Assembly (NCBI GenBank): GCA_013416795.1
Contig: RQSC01001000.1
Span: forward strand, 1-39,511
DNA length: 39,511 nucleotides
Source: Prasinococcaceae sp. CCMP 1430
Taxonomy: Eukaryota > Plantae > Prasinodermophyta
Reading direction: 5' to 3'
Position numbers and translations under genes: made by a program. Positions 31,701-39,511 of this stretch are shown here, in pieces (positions within the stretch are counted from its first letter, which is position 1; the number at the start of each line of letters is the position of its first letter). The notes beneath the pieces were generated by a model, which was not told the DNA's origin, ran no database searches, and saw only the letters and a program-made list of their open reading frames with translations.

Positions 31701-32429
31701 GACCAGCTGGAAGCCGTCAAGGGGGAGGCAATGGCGACCATCGGATCCAACCGCGCAGACGCAATCAACACCATCTCCGAGGCCAAGGACAGTGCCGTAG
31801 CCGAGGCGAGCGCTGCCCTCGAGCAGACCTCCACAGAAATCATGCAACGTCTTGAGGACATGGAGGCCAAGGTCGGTGAACGCGTCGCGGCGGTGGAGAT
31901 CTCCACCCACGAGAGCATCGATGCTTCGGGCGAGAAACTCGAAGCCCTCAAGGAAGAGCTCGGAGCGCGCATCGACGCCATGGACTCTGTCGCCTCACGC
32001 GTGGATGAGGGCGCCACGAACTTGGCCGAAGTGGAGAAGACGGTCGTGCTGCTTACCGACAAAATCGAGGCGTCTGTTGACACGCTCGGCGATGGCGTCG
32101 CGCAGGCCGCGGGACGCATCGCCGCGTTGGAGGAGTCCGCCGGGAAGATTGATGGCATGGCCACAAGCGTGGAGGAGCTCAAGCGCAAGGTGGAGACTGA
32201 CGTGGTGCCCAAGCTTGAGGTGCTCGAACTCGGCACCGCCGCCGCGGATGCGGGGGAGAATTCCGTGGCGACCATGCGGGCGCAGCTGGACGAAATAGGG
32301 AAGAAGGTTGAGGAGGACAGCGCCGAGACGGTCATCTTGGGGGAGAAGATGGCCAACGCCGAGAGCGCGCTGGAGCAGCTGCAGGCTGAGCTTGCGCCGC
32401 TCAAGTCCGAACTCGCGAAAGCGGGCTGA
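25788..32429 (+). CDS. Giant coiled-coil protein with Pro-rich head, 2065 aa; join(25788..26720,26849..28015,28166..30643,30810..32429)
   Basis: Three phase-0 introns with GTGCG donors, CTGAC/CTAAC branch sites and CAG acceptors join three ORFs in frame. Continuous Ala/Glu-rich helical sequence with recurring E-x3-R-x3-D motifs. Confidence 0.85.
30511..30590 (+). repeat. Imperfect 45-nt tandem duplication within the CDS (QLAEAIEEEHE / QLAEAIDKEQE)
   Basis: gcagctggcggaggccatcgaagaggagcacgagg at 30511 versus gcagctcgcggaggccatcgacaaggagcaggagg at 30556. Confidence 0.8.
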
Positions 32430-32450
32430 GATTGTAGATGACGTACTATG

Positions 32451-33647
32451 TTACAGGGGAGTGTCGAAGTTTTTGAATGGATGATCGACGCTGTGCGGTA
32501 TCACAGACTCGGTCATCCAGCAGCCTGCGCGAAAGGCGGTGAAGAGCGCGCGGCGTCAGCACGGAGTCGCGGCGCAGTACTAGCTGGGCGCCGCTTACTT
32601 GCTGCTGTGTGTGCGGCGTGCGCCCGCCCGCTCACCTTTGTAGCACTCCAGGGACACGCCGTCTAGCCACCCCCCTTGCTGTCTCCGCAGCGTCCATGAG
32701 TACACATGCCTGGAGCCCCTCGCGCTGGCAACGCCCACCAGGACCAGGAGGCGGTCGTTGTCGATCAGGACCTGGCGCAGCTGCTTGGCGTGGGCGTGCG
32801 CCAGCAGGGGCGAGAACTGTGGTTCCTGCTGAAGCATCTCTGCGAAGCGCGGTAGAGGACCCGTCACCGCCTTGTTCTGTGGTGACGCGAACAAGAACAC
32901 TCGCTCGATGTCATAGCGCTGCAGTGCGTTGAGCTGTGCTGCGAGAACGGCCTCGGGCGGCGTGGAGGCGCACACGCACGTGCTCTCGGGCCCATCGGCG
33001 GGCTCCCCGGTGACGTTCCCCAGCGCCCACACCTGCCGTACTCTCGCGCTCCTGTACGCGGGCTCGAGGCGGTCCTCTCGGGCCAGCTTGAATGTGAGGA
33101 CGCACTTCTCACCGCTCGTAGAGGTTGCGCGCACGCGCCCGACGAAGTCGTCCAGCGACAAGCGTAGGCTTGACGCGCACTCCCACTGGGATACGCCGGC
33201 GAAGACGAGCAGGCGCAGCGCCATCGCGTCCACGACGCCCTCAGAGTCGAGAAACTCGTGTAGGCGACAGCGCGCGCCCTGGTCGATAGACTCTGCCGCA
33301 AAATCGCCCTCAGAGAGCACCACATGTGAGCCCTCGCCGCTGTCCCCGCTCGCTGCCGCACCGTCCCTCGCTCGCCGCTCGCGGTACTGCTCGTAGCTGT
33401 GCTCCCACTTCTCGATGATCGCATCGGGCGCCGCTGCGAGCAGCGCCCGCATTCGTGCCATGCGGCCCGCCTCGTCCGTCCCAAGGGGCTCGAGCGCGCC
33501 CAGCAGCGTCTCGAGGGCCTCGCTACCCTCTTGAAGAGGCTCACGCCTCGCCGCCGCCGCCGCAACGGCGCGTCGCGCGCTGGTCGCGCTCCGCCCGGCG
33601 CCCAACCTCTGCGCAGCCGGCCCCAACGCGCGCAGCGCCGGAGCGAG
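32451..33647 (-). CDS. DUF4864-like (NTF2/SnoaL-like) protein, probably plastid-targeted; join(<33647..32636,32524..32451), start codon not found
   Basis: PEAVLAAQLNALQ..D....F.FASP.NK..TGP..RF..ML....F.PLL. Splicing of 32525-32635 (GTGAGC...GCTGAC...CAG) gives the terminal GCWMTESV motif. Confidence 0.72.
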
Positions 33648-33955
33648 CTGCGCCGCGCCGCGTCGAAGGAGGGCCGCGGAGGGGCGCGGGCGGGCGAGGA
33701 GGGCCAGCCCGTGGAGACGGCCGGGCGGAGGTTACGAAGGGAGCGAGCGAGGCAGGGAGCGAGGGGGGAGAGAGAGGAGCACGAGGGGGGCACGGGGAAG
33801 AAGGGGGGGGAAGGAGCGCGAGCGCGTGGTGGACACGCGGCAGCGGTTTGCGGCGCGCGCTGCGGGCACGCGCGCGCGCGCGCGCGCGGCCAAACGGCAA
33901 AACCCAAACCAATCCTCAATGCTATTTGATATTTATTACAAACCCTTTTAAGGCA

Positions 33956-35103
33956 TTAACCCTTACAGTATCTGGTGTGCTGTCGCGCGCCTCGTCCGTT
34001 GGCCGTTGCGAGCGCGCGCACACGCGCGCTCGCGCCCGCCGCGCCCGNNNNNNNNNNNNNNNNNNNNNNNNNNNNNNNNNNNNNNNNNNNNNNNNNNNNN
34101 NNNNNNNNNNNNNNNNNNNNNNNNNNNNNNNNNNNNNNNNNNNGCGCGGCCACGTAGGGCGGCAGCGCGCCGAGCCCGTCCAGCGCGTCGCGCGGCATGC
34201 GGGCAGCCTCGGCGAGAGCGCGGGTGCGCGCACGCGCGTGCGCCTCTGCGGCGGCGTAGCGAGCTGCAGGATTCGAGGGGGGGTGGGGGGGCGGGAGGCG
34301 GCTGCGTGTCAGCGATGGACGCCGGGGCGCAGCGGTTGCGAGCGCTCCCTGCGCTGAGTGTCGCAGCACGTCGCACCTTCTTCACCGTCCTCATCGGCGC
34401 TGGCATCTGCATGCGAACCTTGCCGCCGCGGCGCAAGCTTGTCCGCGAGCACGAAGTCTACCTCAGCGCGCAGCGACGTGGTGCCGAGCGTGCCGAGCGT
34501 GCCCACGGTTCCGAACGTTTGCAGCGCGGCCTGCGCGTGCGAATCGTCGGCGGTCTCCGACAGCGTGTAGTGGATGCTCGGATGCTGTTCGGGCTGGTGG
34601 GTGGGGCACTGCTGCTCACACGCGTGCGCGTTTTGTGGCCGCGTGTCGGCGTGTGCCTGCGCGCCGCCGCGGGCTGCAGCGGCTGTCTCAGCGACATCCG
34701 GCTGGGTATCGAACACGGACTGCTGCGACGTGAAGTCGGCACATCCAACATCCCGCGGCACAGCATTCGCATGCGCCGGTCCACTGCTGCACAGCTGCGG
34801 GCGCCCGCGCCGCATCGCAACAGCATCGTACAGCCACAGCCCGAGCCCACCGTCCTCATCCTTACGCCGCGCGGGCTGCATGGCCTCGCCGTCAGCCGAC
34901 TGCGTGCCGCCCGCCTCGAGCGCCAGCTCCGACGGCGAGCACTCGTCCCTTTTCACCCCACCGCCGCTCTCCGCCCCTACCAACCACTCGCCTGGCCGCA
35001 CGCGCGGGGGCTCCTGGTGCCGCGGCTCGCCGCGCGGCGAGCCCGAACGAGAGCGAGAGCGAGAGCACGGGGGCTCGCCTGGGGCCGCGCGCGGGGGTGC
35101 CAT
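33956..35103 (-). CDS. Hypothetical protein; exon 35103..34377, intron 34376..34264, exon 34263 running into the gap at 34048-34143
   Basis: Canonical intron (GTGCGA...GCTGAC...CTGCAG) joins two frames in phase 1. TGTAA occurs at 33963-33967 and 33936-33940 (minus). The stop position is uncertain because of the gap. Confidence 0.5.
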
Positions 35104-35324
35104 CCCCCATGACGGCGCACGCCGCGGCGCGCACTGTGGCGCCGCAAAGGGGCCCTGCCGAGGTGGGGGGGCAATGCACCCATTCACGGCCGTTTCGGGG
35201 GAAACCACTCTGCGTACATCACAGGTCGGGCCGGCAGGGGCGGCCCCGCCAGAGGGGTGCAAGCGGAGCGGGCGCGCCAACGGCAAGCGTGGCTGCTCTC
35301 GTGGACCTGCCCTCCGCGTGGGGC

Positions 35325-36857
35325 ATGGCGGCGGCCGGGGGCCCACGAAGCGCCGCGATGGCGGCGCCGGCGGCACGCAGCGTCGGCGGTAGCAGCAACC
35401 AGTCGGAGCTCGGCGCCGCCCTGCGACGGCTTGCAGGCGCGTCGCTGTGCCTGTGGATGGAGCGTGGCAGGGGGCGTGCTTCGGCGCCGGCAGACGGCTG
35501 TAGCCCCGCCCATTCGCTCGCCGCGGCACACCTGGATGTTTGCGAACTTTACATGCTGCGCGGGCAAGCACAGCAGGCCAAGTCGCACGCGCTGCGTGCG
35601 CTGTCTGCCGCGCGTGATGCATTCGCCACATCGATTGTGAGTGACGGCGGCGTGGCGGACAAGAGCGAGAAGCTGCTCGTGCCTGCGCTGAGAGCGCTCG
35701 CGCGAGCGCACAGTGCGTGCGACGAGCCACAGCGTGCAGCGCGCGCGCTAGGGGCCGCACTTGACATCGTCGGGGCCACATCGGCCGACGGCACCGAGTT
35801 GCGCGCGCTCGTGTTCGAGCTCAACGTGGACCGAGCGCAGGCTTGCTCTGCGACCGCCAGGCAGAGTGGCGGCAAAGGTACCGTTGCCGCCGCAGCCTTT
35901 CGTGCTGCCGACAAAGCTGCTCGCTTGGCCGTCGAATGTGCGCATGCGCCTGCAGATGCTGTACGTGCTGCGGCCGCGCTCGTCGACGTGCGACGCGCCG
36001 CCAAAGCAGCTGCTGCGGCAAGGCGAGACAGGCACTACCTCCGCGCCGAGCGTTCCGCCCTGGGTAGTGCTGCGCAGGAGGCCGCGCTTGATGCCATGGA
36101 GGCGTGTGAAAGCGACTTGCGTGAAGCTGCCGGATCGCTGGTCGAGGCACTCCGCTCCGCTATCGCGGTCGCGCTCGCAGGCAGCACCGCAGCGGAGCGT
36201 CAATATCAGGACCAGAACAACGACCCACACGCATACGCGCAAACAGACGCCCGCGCAACGAACTCGGCGCCGTCTCCTACGGCGCTCGCGGTTGCTGCGC
36301 TCGAAATCGAGTGTGGCCGTGAGCTGCGCGAGCTCGGCGACCTGGGCGCGTCCGAGGACGTCCTCTCCGCCGCGCGTGACAGGCTGCCTTGTGCTTGCGC
36401 ACAGGGGCCAGGCCAGCACGACGGGCCGAGTGCGGGATCCAGCGGCGCCCTCGCTCTCGTAGACGTCGGGCTGGAGGCTCGATGCGAGCTCGGCAAGACT
36501 CTAATGGCTGCCGGGCGTGCCACGGCGGCGCAAACATCTCATCGAGAGTGCCTGGCAGCGGCGCGCAGGTGCCGCGATGACGCACCAGCCCAGGTGTCAG
36601 CTCGTGGCGAGGGGTCGAGTGCGCGCGTGCGCGCGGACAGAGCTGTCGCGATGGTAGCTGGCAATGCGCTCGCCGAGATTGGCACGGCTTGCCTGAGTGC
36701 AGAGGATATCGACGGCGCGAGGCAGGCATGGGTCGAGGCGCATGATGAATACAGGAGGGCCGCAGCACCCAAGCACGCGCGGCGAGTGGTGTTCATGCTC
36801 GGCGAGCTCGACGCCCTGGACGAGCGGACGCGCAGCGCTGTGGACGAACACATGTAA
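35325..36857 (+). CDS. TPR-like alpha-helical repeat protein (N-terminal resemblance to TTC23)
   Basis: Long ORF with TPR-type helices (LAAAHLDVCELYMLRGQAQQAKSHALRAL; ARCELGKTLMAAGR...A...HRECL; ALAEIG.A.L...D.DGAR..W.EA...Y). The stop codon overlaps TGTAA. The start (35325 or 35358) is uncertain. Confidence 0.65.
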   Translation: MAAAGGPRSAAMAAPAARSVGGSSNQSELGAALRRLAGASLCLWMERGRGRASAPADGCSPAHSLAAAHLDVCELYMLRGQAQQAKSHALRALSAARDAFATSIVSDGGVADKSEKLLVPALRALARAHSACDEPQRAARALGAALDIVGATSADGTELRALVFELNVDRAQACSATARQSGGKGTVAAAAFRAADKAARLAVECAHAPADAVRAAAALVDVRRAAKAAAAARRDRHYLRAERSALGSAAQEAALDAMEACESDLREAAGSLVEALRSAIAVALAGSTAAERQYQDQNNDPHAYAQTDARATNSAPSPTALAVAALEIECGRELRELGDLGASEDVLSAARDRLPCACAQGPGQHDGPSAGSSGALALVDVGLEARCELGKTLMAAGRATAAQTSHRECLAAARRCRDDAPAQVSARGEGSSARVRADRAVAMVAGNALAEIGTACLSAEDIDGARQAWVEAHDEYRRAAAPKHARRVVFMLGELDALDERTRSAVDEHM

Positions 36858-36960
36858 TACACACCCACGAGCATGCCCTCGCAAAGCTCTGGTTGATAGT
36901 ACGATGTACATTGTCGGTAGGGTACAGCTGTCGCTCGCGCTATTCACGCTCTGCGCTTTG

Positions 36961-37633
36961 CTACATTGAAGAGATGCCTATGTTCCACTGATGAGCGAGT
37001 AAGAGCGGCCAGGCGAGCGCGCGCGGGGGGGGGGGACGGGCGGCCGTCAAGAGGTCAGTCCCGCAGCGAACACCCGGGCGTCCTAGCAGCGACAGTGCGC
37101 ACAGCGCACAAGGAATCGCGGGCTTCGAGACACATCGGAAGCAGGCACGTACGCTCATGGCTGCGCACAATCATCGCAGACTGCGGCGCGCTCACCTCAC
37201 GCAGGAACTCATTCCCAGTGATGGAGAGCTCCTTCCACCGAGCGGTACCAAGCAGCGACTCGCCTGCCACCAGGAACGTGACTGCCCACGCAAGCGTCGC
37301 AACCGTCGCCACGGCGAAAAGGGCCGCCGCGCGGCTGCCATTCGCAGCCACGCGTGAGTCATGTGCCTTGCCGCGCAGCACGGGCGACAGGTACAGCGCC
37401 GCGACTCCCCAAAGCCACGGCAGACCGAGGAAGCCGCCGTATAGCATGTTGCGCGCCCACTTGCGTACATCATCGCGCTCGCAGAGCCCCGCGCTTCCGT
37501 CCACTGTCAAGAACTCCGACTCGGACACAGCCCCTCCCGCCCCACCTCGCTCGGCCACGTGCCGCTGGTGCTGTCCTTGCTCGGCGCCATTCGCCTCCTC
37601 CTCGTCCTCCTCCAAGCGCTCATGCGCGCTCAT
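36961..37633 (-). CDS. PEN2: Gamma-secretase subunit PEN-2; join(37633..37196,36987..36961), 154 aa
   Basis: TVDG..GL......ARNM.YGGF.GLPWLW.V...Y..PVL ... AW..TF...GE.L.G...W..L matches plant-type PEN2. Intron at 36988-37195 (GTGAGC...ACTGAC...CAG). Confidence 0.85.
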
Positions 37634-38371
37634 GGCGCCGACCCCGCCCCACCCCCGCCCTCTTCCCCGCCGCCCCGCGCCAGGGGCGGGCGCGCACGCA
37701 CGCGCACTGCGGCGCGGAAGGAGCCTGCCGTGTGGGGCGCCGAAGTGTCGCCAACGATTCGAAGTACCGCTCTGCGCACACCTCGCGGCGTGCCAGCGTC
37801 AGGGCCCAGGCCCTGCCGGAGGCGCGCGAGCGAGCGGAGCGGGCGCGGCACACCCACGGCGCGTGTGGGCGCACCCACGGCGCGCGCTATGGCGCACCCA
37901 TGGCGCGCTCTTGCGATGTGGCGTGGCTGGTTGGGCCCGGCGCCGCCGCGCGCCCTCGGGCGGGGCGACACGCGTGCTGAGGGTCATACTTGGGGTTGAG
38001 GGTTTAATCATCCCTTACATCCACATCAAAACGCACGCGTCCGCCCCTCCATGCGTTCGAGAATTTCTTGAGTGATCGCCCGTGGGGATGTTATACTACG
38101 ATTTACAGGTTGGGTGTGATGGGGTTGCGCGTGGAGTGACCTGCGTTCGGTGGGGCGCCGGCAGGCAGCCGCCGGCGCCGGCGGCTGGGGGCCAGGCGCC
38201 ACACCGGCCCCCGCGGGCGGCAGCGGGGTGGGAGTGGGGCGAGGTGGTGTGACGGAGGAGGCGATTTGGGCGAGGCTAAGGGGAAGTTCAGGGGGAGGGG
38301 GAGGGAAGAGGGGATCGGCGCCCTTATCGATGGGCGGGCGATGCTCTGCTGCTGTAATGTGAGCACCGCGG

Positions 38372-39283
38372 TCAGCCGCGGTCGTTTCCAGTCTCCCCGC
38401 CGAAAGACGCCTTGTTCTCGACGAGCAGTTGGACGCAATCGTCGTGGCCAGACCTGGCTGCCCACTTCTCTGCCCTCTCCAAATCCTCCAATGTCCAGCC
38501 CTGGTCGTTGTCGTTGTCGCCGGCCGCGGCGGCCTGCCTCAGCAGATCTATCAACTTCTGCCTCATATCGTCCTTTGGAAAGAAGTCGATCTTGTCGGGG
38601 CTCTTGAAATTGTCGGGGCCCGCCCCCAGCATCAGCCGGAGGCAGTCGAGTTGGCCCCGATAGGCTGCGGCCACTAATGCCACTCTCGCAGTTCTCTTGA
38701 AGAGGCCGCGCGAAAGCGCAAGACGGAGCACGTACGAAGCGCCAACCTTCGCGGCACTTTCCACTAGAAAGACCTCAAGATTTCCGTAATCATCATCATC
38801 ACCATCATCATCACCCCAGCAATGATCACAGGCGCGGTCGAGCTCCTCGTTAGCCGCGTCGCGCTCCGCGCGCGCCTCCCGCACGGCGTCGGCACTGACC
38901 CCCAGCGACCGTGTGACCACCAGCAGTGCCTGGCGCGCGCGCTCCGCCGACTTGGCGTCGAGTACCTGGCGCGCGCGCTCCGCCGACTCGGTGCCTCCTG
39001 CGGCACTGCCAGTGGCGTGCACGGCGCCCGTCTCGCGTACGCGAGCGCGCTCGATCTCTCCATCGCAGCCTCCTTCGACCCATTCGATCTCCTCCGTGAT
39101 GGCATCGCGCTCCGCCCGCGCCTCGCACACGGCGGCCTCGTTCACGCCGACCGCCTGCGTGGCCAGCAGCAGCGCCTGGCGCATGGTCCTCGCCGACGCG
39201 GATTCCGAGGGGCGAGTGTCGCCGCCGCCGCCACCGCGGCCGCCGCCGCTGCCGCCACTGGCGCCCGCGGCGCCTTCGGCCAT
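38372..39283 (-). CDS. Ankyrin-repeat-containing protein with a duplicated N-terminal helical module
   Basis: aagATGg start at 39283. ALVAAAYRGQLDCLRLML.AG and AARSGHDDCVQLLVE are ankyrin-like. The 3' end is uncertain. Confidence 0.6.
   Translation of the reverse strand: MAEGAAGASGGSGGGRGGGGGDTRPSESASARTMRQALLLATQAVGVNEAAVCEARAERDAITEEIEWVEGGCDGEIERARVRETGAVHATGSAAGGTESAERARQVLDAKSAERARQALLVVTRSLGVSADAVREARAERDAANEELDRACDHCWGDDDGDDDDYGNLEVFLVESAAKVGASYVLRLALSRGLFKRTARVALVAAAYRGQLDCLRLMLGAGPDNFKSPDKIDFFPKDDMRQKLIDLLRQAAAAGDNDNDQGWTLEDLERAEKWAARSGHDDCVQLLVENKASFGGETGNDRG
38925..38988. repeat. 28-nt near-exact direct repeat with 36-nt period (SAERARQ x2)
   Basis: agtgcctggcgcgcgcgctccgccgact at 38925 versus agtacctggcgcgcgcgctccgccgact at 38961. 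Confidence 0.85.
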
Positions 39284-39511
39284 CTTCGAGTGCACGTCCG
39301 GAGCGGAGGTCGACTCGGGAGGCGCGGCCGTCGCAGGGGGGAACCCGCCACCGCGCGCGCAGTGGGGCGCGCCGCGCTCTGCGCGCCGCCGCCGCGCCGC
39401 ATGCGCGCGCAAAAACATCCGCTGTCACATCGGTGGCGGCAGGCGCCCACAAACGCTACATCAAAACGCATGCGGCGCGCGCCGCCGCGCTCCAGCCGCG
39501 CCCGCATGGCG

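Noticed and set aside
1-39511. Functional gene cluster, operon or defence system across the window
   Set aside because: The genes are unrelated eukaryotic housekeeping functions. I recognised no transposase, integrase, reverse transcriptase, viral or biosynthetic-cluster genes.

Overview
This is eukaryotic nuclear DNA, not a prokaryotic locus. It is a very GC-rich, gene-dense scaffold from a compact-genome green alga (prasinophyte grade; a Prasinoderma-like lineage is my inference). Evidence: short GT-AG introns with (G/A)CTGAC branch points, TGTAA poly(A) signals and plastid/mitochondrial transit-like N-termini. About 20 genes can be modelled: DRC9/IQCG, a CREST-like membrane protein, a PHT4/SLC17 transporter, a rubredoxin-like protein, an RPP40-like protein, POLD2, a MATE transporter, a coiled-coil protein, an NAD(P)-binding protein, CDC27, DPM2, mitochondrial KAS (OXSM/FabF), a class I HDAC, a CLC antiporter, a ~2065-aa coiled-coil protein, a DUF4864-like protein, a hypothetical protein, a TPR protein, PEN2 and an ankyrin protein. 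The strongest biological lead is a candidate bicistronic DPM2-mtKAS unit: 38-nt spacer, weak first AUG, no AUG between the two starts and no poly(A) signal between them. The assembly looks partly chimeric. A bacterial TonB-dependent receptor fragment occupies the first ~355 nt, and several genes lose their 5' ends to foreign-looking segments or N gaps. All family calls are from motif recognition by eye; no database searches were run.
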